DNA from: a candidate division WOR-3 bacterium
GTDB taxonomy: Bacteria; Hydrothermota; UBA3073
Reading direction: 5' to 3'
NCBI GenBank assembly: GCA_023129165.1
Contig: JAGMCL010000133.1
Coordinates: forward strand, 10,668-74,667
DNA length: 64,000 nucleotides
Under the pieces are notes generated by a model. It had not been told where the DNA came from, ran no database searches, and saw only the letters and a list, made by a program, of their open reading frames with translations. Positions 10,001-17,428 of the stretch are shown here, in pieces; positions within the stretch are counted from its first letter, which is position 1, and each line of letters opens with the position of its first letter. The position numbers and the translations under genes were made by a program.

Positions 10001-10145
10001 TGTTGGTGAATGTAATCCCATAAAGAGATTCAAGCGGAACATCTCTTAGGTATAGCGAGAGAAACCTCTTCGCCAGCTCGTATGTCTTACCCGAACCTGC
10101 AGATGATTTCAGAGCTATATTAAACATAGAGTTTTTTGAGTTCAT
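7014..10145 (-). CDS. addA: UvrD/PcrA-type helicase fused to PD-(D/E)XK nuclease (AddA-like subunit)
   Basis: Walker A SSAGSGKTYEL, helicase motifs (DEFQDTS, VGDPNQAVFRWRGG, LKVNHRS, IHKAKGLEFPVV, YVALTRA) and a C-terminal nuclease (IIDYKTG). Sits immediately downstream of the AddB-like gene. Confidence 0.8.
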   Translation of the reverse strand: MNSKNSMFNIALKSSAGSGKTYELAKRFLSLYLRDVPLESLYGITFTNKATLEMKERIINYLNVLVNDNPIKPDEIEIQKIFRDRQKFIKEKRKNLFDNLTSLNIDTFHSLFASFLSTLPFEAGILPGYDIINETEENIIIDEVLDGFFEKALKMEDYRKAIFDLVRNDERRIKESILSIFKNVRSNIRLIRDNIDEIEVIKREIKEKEAQFRRVIDEFMIFMNENAECAYTAKGKMDKYMDNFIQKLQLFINEDSWKEVGELWIKGNPLSKTYFKKFVDRLRDKEKRFYMIVDKLRMSLNLLCVTLSDWELFVHIRPILEIEKMLQAEKLSRNLITFDDIERFAEKALMGGTDYLYFKIGATIDHLMIDEFQDTSIRQWEVLKPLVDEITSYGAGEKTLFYVGDPNQAVFRWRGGEAKLFDFVKKEYEGKIVEETLKVNHRSKSAIVEFVNRLFKRNDIYEKNNKGGWISFESVGDYSINEGREESRRRTVEIIKGLIEEGYKYDDIAILVRENKFGIAMTDLLDSEGIPCISESKANLFSREDTKTIINLLKFLECPEDDFSLSCVLLSPSFGLKENTLRRIKDKGKGKKSLYLSLVDEHPDWDVSKKLNKLLSIVGFSTPYEIVYKICKELEFTISGSIAALLQAALLYTHDGFNPLSSFIDWVELIGESIAVQDIEGEGIRILTIHKAKGLEFPVVIIPDTVWGLKEEDRLLLYYYEEGSIEPDKVYWARMGSLFPEIKEASIKRVIEDEKKVLYVALTRAVNGLYILGFDWQNRKSIFTWFDFIKGNVECPYYVGKVEEGREEMANGKWQKAKEKGEEGREEMANGKWQKAKVMGEGGRKEMANGKWQKANGKGVRSIKEERELYSPTERGVEIVTPERQEKIEFGNIVHDTLSRLEWLDGRDINEVISSLLEYAKSIYVRKEEDERLIEEKVREIIYNTLTFPDFQFAFNKGDKDVRLKVEVPVYYEKGKRDVSIKIDRLLIEPSKITIIDYKTGEEKDEDIKQLKEYREGMNLIFPERDIRAYLFYLDKGIVRQVG
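7575..7745. repeat. 3 x 57-bp tandem repeat inside the addA-like CDS (encodes EEGREEMANGKWQKAK x3)
   Basis: ttgccttttgccatttaccatttgccatttcctctcttccctcttct is repeated three times in frame. The word content is the same as intergenic modules at 21480-21570 and 38915-38975. Confidence 0.85.
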
Positions 10146-10285
10146 TGAGTTTACCCAGTTTGTTGGGATTCACGGTTTGTTGAGTCAATAAGTGCCAGGT
10201 CACTTGTCATTTGTCATCTGGTTTTCCCTTTTTGTTTTTAACATTAAACATCCAATAATCAACAATTCAACCAATCAACTCTTTT

Positions 10286-10313
10286 ATCGCCCCGCCTTTG
10301 GCGGGGCTCCTAC
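10286..10313 (-). repeat. REP-like hairpin (CCCCGCC stem class)
   Basis: atcgCCCCGCCtttGGCGGGGctcctac, between the addB-like stop and the addA-like start. Confidence 0.8.
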
Positions 10314-10351
10314 ATTAAACATTTAACATTCAACATTTAACATTGCATATT

Positions 10352-13141
10352 TCACTTCCCACAAAATCCTTTATAAGCACAGGTCCGACATCTTTTTTCG
10401 TCGTTCGTTCTGGGAAAATCCTTTGTTGGGTTTATGATCTCATTAATCGTAGGGATGAGAATCTCGTCTCTAAACATCGAGAGATAACCCTCTTCCATAA
10501 TATCTACAACCTCTGTTTTCTCCCTTGATATATAGTAATATACAAGTCCACCAATCTTGCCAAAGTTCTCCTCAGAGAATATGAGTGCATAGAGTGGTAA
10601 TTGGAACTCTGTAAATTCTTCACCAATCCTGTAGTATTTTTTCCCAATCTTACGCCCTGTCTTATAATCTAAAATACAGTATTTTTCATTATATTGGTCT
10701 ATTCTGTCTATCATACCACCCAATCTAAAGTTCTTACCATCGGATGAGAGAACATAGTCAAGTGGCTTCTCAAGAGAGTGTATACTATAACCTTTCTCGA
10801 ACCGTTTCTTATCCTGTATAAGAAATCTCTCTAACTGCCTTCTATACAACTCAAGGTCAAATATAGTATCCGCCTTTGGTTGATACAACTCCTCTTTCAT
10901 CGTCTTCTCCATACGATTGTAGAGTATTTCCTCTGTATCTTCCAATTTTTTATCGAAGAAACCTGAGGGAAAATCCTTACTGTAAAACCCCCTCAAGGTT
11001 TTATGTATTATATTTCCCCATTCCAGAGCTCCTGCTTCCTCAACTATACCAGATGGCTCCCTTATCATTGTAACATACTTTAAATAAAACCGATATGGAC
11101 AAACTCGATAATCCCTTAAGGAAGAGGGTGTATATTTCATTTTCTCTAATTTTCTAATTAGAGATTCGTCCTTTTGCACTGGTTCTTTTCTTCTCTCTTT
11201 ACCTCTACCAAAAGCCACTGGTGAATCGTATAACTTTATTCCCTTATCACAAAGGAAACTTATAAATCTTGAACAAACATCCCTTTCTTCTTTTTCAACA
11301 TATGATAAATACACCTCCTGCTTACCCTCTATAAGCTGAGTAAAGTAATAGTAATAAAGATTCTCCCTCTCTTTATCGTATGTCATTCCTGACTCTTTAC
11401 GCAGATGAGGAGGAACGAATAGGTCTTTCTCACTCCTTGCAGGAAATATTCCCTCATTCATCGATGGTAATATTACACAATCAAAATCAAGATTCCTTGC
11501 CTCAAGGACTCCTATCAACTGGATACCACTAAATGGATCACCATAAACAGGATATTCACCGTCTTTTAGAGTCCTCAGGATGAGGTCAAGTTTCTCTATT
11601 CCAGCAGAAAAGATATCCTCTCTGATTATAATTTTATCGATTTTGTGGATTTGTTTAAGAAACTCGCCAATCCCCAGTATGCCAGACTCTAAAAACTCAG
11701 GATTACAGGATAGAAGCTGAAAAAGTATCTCCTCGATGCCATTTACATAAAGAGAAAATGAGGTTTTCTCTGTTATCCTGTCAGTAAATTTCTCTATCAT
11801 TCCGATAAGTGGTTTATATTCCTCATCTTTAAAATCCTCAAATTTGAAGAAAACCCTGTTCTCCTTTATCATTTGCCTCTCAATTTCATATATGATTGGT
11901 CTTGTTTCAATTCCCTCAAGGACTGCATTTTTCATAAGTGGGTGTTTTATAAGTGAAAGGAATTCCTTATAATGAAAATCCTTCTTCACCACATCACTCA
12001 GTAGAAACAGGAATGAGTAAAGAAGATTCTGTGAAAATGGTATCCCCATAGAGATATTGAAATTATAACCCTCTGCTTCTAAAGCCGTCTTTATTGGTAA
12101 TACCAATGTTCTGTCTGTAAGTATAATGGCAATTCTATGAGGTTCATATCTACCAATGAGATTACTCAGTAGATATTTTATGTAAAGCACCTCCTCAATC
12201 TGGCTTTTCACTTTCGTTATATGAATTGTAGGAGCCCCGCCTTTGGCGGGGCGACAATTATGTGACATCGTATTATTTGTGTATTTGTTCTCACCGTTCA
12301 CAGATGACTGTTCACTGATTACTTCTGTATCTTCAACGCTTGCTCCCAGCGAAAGAATGAATTTATTGTGACTATAGTAAGGGGACGTGATATCTTCTTT
12401 GATATCGTCTTTACTTGAATGGAGAATAAGTTCCGATTTTAGATTATCAAGAATATCTTTTATTATTTTACACTCTACTTTTGTTGGGGCAAGAAGACCT
12501 GAAATAAAAATATAATCAAAACCCTTTAGTAATTCTGGCTTAAATCCACTCATTATAAGTTCATATTTATACTCTGTATCTGTGTAGCCAGATTCTCCTA
12601 GAACCTTTCTATATTCGTTAAATATGCTTCTCGTTATTGTAAGTTCCTTCTCTACATATCTCTCCGGAAAATGAAGTTGCTCCTTCAATTCCTCTATATT
12701 CTCAAGAGTTATATTCGTTTTCAAAAGTTCATCAAAGAAAGTGAGTAATCTATTTCCTATTGATATGAATCTAAGGAAATCAATGTCCTTCCAGAATTCT
12801 ATCTTCAAGGAATCAACTACATATTTAAGGATAAGATTTCTCTCAAGTCTCTCAAGATCTTTACCCTTTCTTCCTCCAAGCCTTTCAAATAGAAGGTCAA
12901 TTAGCTCCTGGACAGTTAATATTGTAGGGGGAATTATTCCCTTCATTTCCGAAGACTGGAGTAGATACCTTCTGAAATAGTACCTGTTCCTCTTTGATGG
13001 AAAGATAATGAGAATTTGGGATAGGTCAGGATAGTATCCATTAAATCTATCCCATATATAGGAGGCAAGGGTAGGTAAAAATGGTTGTTCGATGGGGATT
13101 ATTTTTATTTTTGATGAAATACCCTGGATAGTCACAGTCAC
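10352..13141 (-). CDS. addB: PD-(D/E)XK nuclease family protein with C-terminal Cys cluster (AddB-like subunit)
   Basis: C-terminal RecB-type nuclease (ILDYKTG) and Cys cluster (CPYRFYLKY ... CRTCAYKGFC) typical of AddB/Cas4-type Fe-S nucleases. Its position upstream of the AddA-like helicase fits the canonical order. Confidence 0.7.
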   Translation of the reverse strand: MTVTIQGISSKIKIIPIEQPFLPTLASYIWDRFNGYYPDLSQILIIFPSKRNRYYFRRYLLQSSEMKGIIPPTILTVQELIDLLFERLGGRKGKDLERLERNLILKYVVDSLKIEFWKDIDFLRFISIGNRLLTFFDELLKTNITLENIEELKEQLHFPERYVEKELTITRSIFNEYRKVLGESGYTDTEYKYELIMSGFKPELLKGFDYIFISGLLAPTKVECKIIKDILDNLKSELILHSSKDDIKEDITSPYYSHNKFILSLGASVEDTEVISEQSSVNGENKYTNNTMSHNCRPAKGGAPTIHITKVKSQIEEVLYIKYLLSNLIGRYEPHRIAIILTDRTLVLPIKTALEAEGYNFNISMGIPFSQNLLYSFLFLLSDVVKKDFHYKEFLSLIKHPLMKNAVLEGIETRPIIYEIERQMIKENRVFFKFEDFKDEEYKPLIGMIEKFTDRITEKTSFSLYVNGIEEILFQLLSCNPEFLESGILGIGEFLKQIHKIDKIIIREDIFSAGIEKLDLILRTLKDGEYPVYGDPFSGIQLIGVLEARNLDFDCVILPSMNEGIFPARSEKDLFVPPHLRKESGMTYDKERENLYYYYFTQLIEGKQEVYLSYVEKEERDVCSRFISFLCDKGIKLYDSPVAFGRGKERRKEPVQKDESLIRKLEKMKYTPSSLRDYRVCPYRFYLKYVTMIREPSGIVEEAGALEWGNIIHKTLRGFYSKDFPSGFFDKKLEDTEEILYNRMEKTMKEELYQPKADTIFDLELYRRQLERFLIQDKKRFEKGYSIHSLEKPLDYVLSSDGKNFRLGGMIDRIDQYNEKYCILDYKTGRKIGKKYYRIGEEFTEFQLPLYALIFSEENFGKIGGLVYYYISREKTEVVDIMEEGYLSMFRDEILIPTINEIINPTKDFPRTNDEKRCRTCAYKGFCGK
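12228..12254 (+). repeat. REP-like hairpin inserted in frame within the addB-like CDS
   Basis: gtaggaGCCCCGCCtttGGCGGGGCga is translated as CRPAKGGAPT within the ORF. Confidence 0.8.
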
Positions 13142-13358
13142 TGGTTACACAGATAGTTATAACAGCAAAAAACACAAAATACGCTGAATCGGAATAAAAT
13201 CATAGGTTCAAATTTACTATGGAGCTTTATCCCTCAACTATTTTAGTAATATGTATTGAATTACTCCCTATATTAGAGGTCTCACCGCCTGATAACTGGG
13301 AAACCTTGATTTATAAAAACGGTATGTTAGGCAAGTAAATAGTGAAAACTGGGTTTTA

Positions 13359-13601
13359 TTATGATACTTGGAAAGATTGCCCAAGGGGTTGAAAATTCTT
13401 CACCTCTTGACGTTCTAATTTTGCTCTAATTTCCTCAAATCGCTGAACTGTTTCTTGAGAATAAAGACGCTCACCGCAACGAAGGCAAACCTCTGCCTTC
13501 ACCTTAATTACAGCAACATGGATCCCCCCCCGGAGCAATTTTTCTACATCTTTTACTAAAAGGTCGCCTCCACATACTGGACATTTCTTAAAAGGCATCA
13601 T
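13359..13601 (-). CDS. YgiT-type zinc-finger protein (MqsA-family antitoxin-like)
   Basis: CPVCGG ... CLRCGE zinc ribbon. Located immediately downstream of the DUF4258 gene, a known pairing. Confidence 0.7.
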   Translation of the reverse strand: MMPFKKCPVCGGDLLVKDVEKLLRGGIHVAVIKVKAEVCLRCGERLYSQETVQRFEEIRAKLERQEVKNFQPLGQSFQVS

Positions 13602-13602
13602 A

Positions 13603-13914
13603 TTACTTCCTCCTTTTACGCCAATCTACCCATTTGCCTGGCTCAGGTCGATAAACTGTAATAAGAACAGCCCATTGGTTCTGTTCATTATATGCCCACA
13701 CACTATGTACTGGTTCTCTGCGAAAAGTTTGACCATATATAAGGCAACTTGGATACGGCCTATCTGTTGGATATTCCTCGATTATTTCGCCATGTAAAAC
13801 CGAAAAGAAAATTTCATCATAAGATAGACCATCAACCTGAGATTCTTCATCAGCGTGGTCTGTAATGCGAATCTTATTATTTCGAATTGCTTCACTGATA
13901 TCTTTTATTTCCAT
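13603..13914 (-). CDS. DUF4258 domain protein (putative toxin)
   Basis: ITDHADEE ... IIEEYPTDRPYPSCLIYG ... VHSVWAYN ... VLITVYRPEP pattern. Start placed at MEIKDISEAI (codon 29 of the track ORF). Confidence 0.7.
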   Translation of the reverse strand: MEIKDISEAIRNNKIRITDHADEESQVDGLSYDEIFFSVLHGEIIEEYPTDRPYPSCLIYGQTFRREPVHSVWAYNEQNQWAVLITVYRPEPGKWVDWRKRRK

Positions 13915-14242
13915 CTTATTTATTTTATTTTTGGGAATGTCCCAAACTCTCGTGATGATAGATAAGAGGATGCATGTTATTGCGAGTGAATCCCCCATTC
14001 TTCTAGGAATTGGGGGATGAGCGTGGCAATCTCGTCTCTAATTACTATACCTAATATGAGATTGCTTCATCCCGATGTTCATCGAAATTCGCAATGACAG
14101 ACCAAACCCTTATCACATAACTTTGGGAAAATGTCTAATTTTTGAATAAAAATTCCTTCTGCCTTTAATCTCCTATTAAAGAGGTCTCTCAACTATATAG
14201 AAACATGAGAACATAAAGTGAATGACTTGAACTCTACAATCT

Positions 14243-14271
14243 ATTATAAATCATATCTCCAAAAAAGTCAA
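14243..14271 (-). promoter_or_regulatory. sigma70-type promoter (TTGACT - 17 bp - TATAAT)
   Basis: Reverse complement reads cTTGACTtttttggagatatgattTATAAT. Upstream of the DUF4258/YgiT pair. Confidence 0.5.
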
Positions 14272-14527
14272 GGGAAATTTTATAAGGTAGAAATAAAATC
14301 AGAATTGAGGAAAATTATATATTACCTCCGGTCTATTTTGCTGTCCCAAAAAACAATGACAAAGTTTCAAACTTTATTTTCTTCTCTTAGACGGGAAATA
14401 AGGATTTAATTATCCATTTGGCGTAACGTCTTTTGGATAATTTACAATCTTTTTTCTATCCAAAGTTTAAAAAACATATCAATAAATTCATAAATTCCAT
14501 TTTCTCTCTCAATGAGTTTCTGTTTTT

Positions 14528-14597
14528 TGCATCAGCAAGCTGATGCACTCCATTATTAGTTTAATGTGTTTTTGGAGTGCAGTAGCTTGCTACTGCA
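14528..14597. other. pair of covarying 20-bp palindromic hairpins bridged by a third 7-bp helix (orphan structured element)
   Basis: TGCATCAGCaaGCTGATGCA (14528-14547) and TGCAGTAGCttGCTACTGCA (14578-14597). GCACTCC (14545-14551) pairs with GGAGTGC (14574-14580). Confidence 0.4.
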
Positions 14598-14746
14598 TCC
14601 TTATTCAGCCAAAACAGAGAACATCCTGAGAAGGAGAGATAACTTTCCAAATACAAAAAGCCTCATTTATATAACAGTACAGCTTTTGGTTAGCTTATGA
14701 ACTCACCAAATTGGAGAAGAACCAACTTTTTACCAATATCTATGAA

Positions 14747-14867
14747 TCCAAATCAATTCGCCACGCACTGCGTGGCGTTTTCAAAGATTTCTAAAACCCT
14801 AAATTTCCCATCCTCCAACCCTGATTCTCTGCTCTCTCAATTTAAAATCTTAAGATTAGAATCTGAC
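14747..14867 (+). repeat. ~125-bp direct repeat, copy A (partner at 16656-16786)
   Basis: tccaaatcaat..gccacgca..gttttcaaagatttc..aaatttc..cctccaaccctgatt.tctgc.ctctcaat is shared, roughly 80 percent identical by eye. Lies just 3' of the hicA stop. Confidence 0.7.
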
Positions 14868-14911
14868 TTCCTCCATAGAAATTTCTGAAAGCGTAAGACA
14901 ACTAATTACTT

Positions 14912-15133
14912 TTACAACAACTTGATAAACTCATTTACTGTTAAACCAGAGTGGCGGATAATGGTACGCAATGTGCCCCGGTCCAACTCTTTATGTAACG
15001 GAACAACTACTTGAGCAAAAGGTTTATCACGACGAAGGGTTACATGGCTACCTTCCTGTCTCTTAAAATAAAATCCAGCCTTTTCCAAAGCCTTAACACA
15101 CTTACTACCAGATATGACAGGAAGTTTACTCAT
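14912..15133 (-). CDS. hicA: type II toxin HicA (YcfA family)
   Basis: KCVKALEKAGFYFKRQEGSHVTLRR motif. Has a 4-nt ATGA overlap with hicB. Confidence 0.85.
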   Translation of the reverse strand: MSKLPVISGSKCVKALEKAGFYFKRQEGSHVTLRRDKPFAQVVVPLHKELDRGTLRTIIRHSGLTVNEFIKLL

Positions 15134-15336
15134 ACAGCTATCAGTTTGGCATTAAACTTCTCTTCAGGTATTGGGAGATTATCTTCTTTGAGTGCATGGA
15201 TATAGCAATTTATAGCTTCTTTGATATTCTTAATCGCTTCTTCCTTGGTCTTGCCCTGACTAATACATCCGGGCAGGCTGTGACACTCTACTACCCAATA
15301 ACCATCTTCTCCAGGATACAGTATGGCTTCCCTCAT
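15130..15336 (-). CDS. hicB: type II antitoxin HicB (UPF0150)
   Basis: GEDGYWVVECHSLPGCISQGKTKEEAIKNIKEAI motif. Start at MREAIL follows an AGGAGG RBS; the longer track ORF begins inside the repeated leader. Confidence 0.8.
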   Translation of the reverse strand: MREAILYPGEDGYWVVECHSLPGCISQGKTKEEAIKNIKEAINCYIHALKEDNLPIPEEKFNAKLIAV

Positions 15337-15340
15337 TTTA

Positions 15341-15405
15341 CCTCCTGGCATAATATTCATTATACCTGATTACTCAGATATTAACTACACAACACCTTTA
15401 GTGTG
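15341..15405 (-). promoter_or_regulatory. portable 65-bp leader/promoter-like element, copy 1 (also 43418-43480 and 57334-57397)
   Basis: Minus strand reads ...tagttaatatctgagtaatcaGGTATAATgaatATTATGCCaggagg. A hairpin containing TATAAT abuts the SD of hicB. Confidence 0.6.
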
Positions 15406-15621
15406 TTAAAGATTACTCAGATTAAAATATAAATCTCTTTATCTGACATCATGATCTTTATAGGATATCTTGTAAAAAATCAAACTTGATACCATCGTTG
15501 TTCTATATTTCAGTTTTCAGTTTACCCCGTTAGAAGTTTAGAACTTTCTAATGGGGCCTGACCCAAATTTCTCGTGGAAGACCAGTTTAAGCTATAGGGT
15601 CAGACATTTCTAGATCATTGT

Positions 15622-15924
15622 TTATTCCATTGTGATTTTGACTATTTGACCCTCTTTCCCTATATTTAGTTGAGGCTTGTTACCAAAGACTTTGGTAAAG
15701 GCGTTTGTTAGTTTAACATTATCGCCTTCCTTTACCATATCAATCTGTTTTCTCCAGAGACTGAGATCAATTGAACCTGTTTCATCCTCTAATGTGGCTG
15801 TAGCGACATCGACAGGCCCAAATTTGGTCTGAACATTTCTTTTCTCCCCCATTTTGCTTATCCGTCCCGTCACTTCAATGTTTCGCATATTGGGCTGGAT
15901 ATCATGGATTTTTATCCCTGCCAT
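15622..15924 (-). CDS. stand-alone OB-fold nucleic-acid-binding protein (RPA/SSB-like)
   Basis: NIEVTGRI ... VATATLEDETGSIDLSLW ... VKEGDNVKLTNA pattern of archaeal-type single OB folds. Start at MAGIKI follows a GGAGG RBS. Confidence 0.55.
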   Translation of the reverse strand: MAGIKIHDIQPNMRNIEVTGRISKMGEKRNVQTKFGPVDVATATLEDETGSIDLSLWRKQIDMVKEGDNVKLTNAFTKVFGNKPQLNIGKEGQIVKITME

Positions 15925-15983
15925 AATTACCTCCAATCTGTTGTCAATGAATGCAAAATCTTACCCTCTCTGGAGTCTCATTT

Positions 15984-16124
15984 TTAATAATATCCCATTT
16001 TTTTTCTTATGAATTTACGAACTTCCTTCATTCTGATAACAGCTTCTTTGGATTCCTCTACAGTAGCCTCTTCTCCGTCTTCCTCTGCTTTATAAATCCA
16101 TTCATTGGATAACTTTTCTCTCAT
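15984..16124 (-). pseudogene. HEPN-domain toxin remnant (internally deleted)
   Basis: Retains the N-terminal EWIYKAEED and a C-terminal helix, but is only ~46 aa and lacks an Rx4-6H motif. Occupies the canonical position overlapping the 3' end of the MNT gene. Confidence 0.5.
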
Positions 16125-16461
16125 ATAATACTTTCCCTTTTTTGATAATTTTCTTGACGAAAGGGTCGCCAATTGCCAGCCGTTCCTTCACTTCAGAAGG
16201 AGTTTTTACAATAAAATCCATCGCCATCTCTCTTTCCCAGAATAATTGGTTCACCATTATTCTACGTTTAGAGGGTCTCTCATTACTTTCCATAACTATA
16301 AACAGGTCTAAATCGCTGTCTTTCCCGGGTTCTCCATAAGCGTAAGAGCCAAATAATATAATCCTATCAGGGTCCAAATGTCTCGCAATTTTTGCTACGA
16401 TCTCCTTCAATATTTTCTCAAATAAAGTTTTGTTCAATTTTCCTCCTCGTCTTCTTTCCAC
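16102..16461 (-). CDS. nucleotidyltransferase-domain protein (MNT-type antitoxin)
   Basis: ILFGSYAYGEPGKDSDLDLFIV minimal nucleotidyltransferase motif. The true start may be the TTG at ~16437 after an AGGAGG RBS. Confidence 0.8.
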   Translation of the reverse strand: MERRRGGKLNKTLFEKILKEIVAKIARHLDPDRIILFGSYAYGEPGKDSDLDLFIVMESNERPSKRRIMVNQLFWEREMAMDFIVKTPSEVKERLAIGDPFVKKIIKKGKVLYERKVIQ

Positions 16462-16500
16462 TCAATCTGGATAGGTACAGGATTTATTTAACCCAATTAT

Positions 16501-16529
16501 ATTATAGCACATTTTCGATAACTTGTCAA
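16501..16529 (-). promoter_or_regulatory. sigma70-type promoter (TTGACA - 17 bp - TGcTATAAT)
   Basis: Reverse complement reads cTTGACAagttatcgaaaatgtgcTATAAT, 40 nt upstream of the MNT ORF. Confidence 0.7.
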
Positions 16530-16655
16530 GTATTATTGATATTTTTTAATTTTTCTCTCTTAAATTGTCTTAAAAGATCTCTTCCTATTCTTGCCTTTGA
16601 ACTCTAATCGTTTCATTTTCAAGCACAGGAATCTTGAAATCAAGTAGTTAGTAAG

Positions 16656-16786
16656 TCCAAATCAATCAGCCACGCAAAGCACAGTGTTTTCAAAGATTTC
16701 AAAAGTTTCTGAAGCCCCAAATTTCTCAACCTCCAACCCTGATTGTCTGCCCTCTCAATCTGAAATTTCAAGTCCCAACTCTGATT
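16656..16786 (+). repeat. ~125-bp direct repeat, copy B (partner at 14747-14867)
   Basis: Same module as 14747-14867. Lies just 3' of the stop of the 16813-17310 gene. Confidence 0.7.
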
Positions 16787-16812
16787 ACTAATTATATGTG
16801 GTTTCTTAATCC

Positions 16813-17310
16813 TTATACCTCTTTTTTCATTTGTTTTCGGAGATGTTCTCTGATATCGGATTTGAAGTAGAGGTACGCTTTCTCTCGTAATTTATGAACC
16901 GGAATTTTGCTTCTTATACAAAATCTGCACTTAACACATGTCCATGTATATCCAAACAATTTTTTTCTCTCCTCAAGTTCAGTATCACATTTGGGACAAA
17001 ACGGACCCGTTACTTTCAATCTCTTTGCTATTTCTAATGGACTAGGACTAGGTAACAATGGATGGGAATCAAATGGACCTGGATTGGGAAGTTGTAAGAC
17101 CCATTTTACTCCTCCATAGATTCCTGTTCCCACTTCTTGATAACCATATCTTGGTATGCTCACTATTCTTGGCAGCCCCAGTTCTCTTTCTTCCCTTCTT
17201 CTTACAGACCTACTGATGAAGTACCAAATTAAAAAGGCTGCCAAACAAAAGATAAAAAAATATCCAATCGATATTTTTATTGATGTCAATTGGTAAATTT
17301 TCCTATACAA
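16813..17310 (-). CDS. hypothetical membrane-anchored zinc-ribbon protein
   Basis: N-terminal TM helix (IGYFFIFCLAAFLIWYFI) and CPKC ... CVKCRFC zinc ribbon. Non-ATG start, so the start is uncertain. Downstream of and co-oriented with the R-M gene. Confidence 0.4.
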   Translation of the reverse strand: MYRKIYQLTSIKISIGYFFIFCLAAFLIWYFISRSVRRREERELGLPRIVSIPRYGYQEVGTGIYGGVKWVLQLPNPGPFDSHPLLPSPSPLEIAKRLKVTGPFCPKCDTELEERKKLFGYTWTCVKCRFCIRSKIPVHKLREKAYLYFKSDIREHLRKQMKKEV

Positions 17311-17428
17311 TAATGATAATGATGCCCATAGCTTCCAAACAGCAAGAGAAATTACTGATGCTCAAAGAGCTCTTAATATCCACTTGAGTGTATCTTTAAA
17401 TTTGTTTCGTTTTTTCACTTTTTGATTT

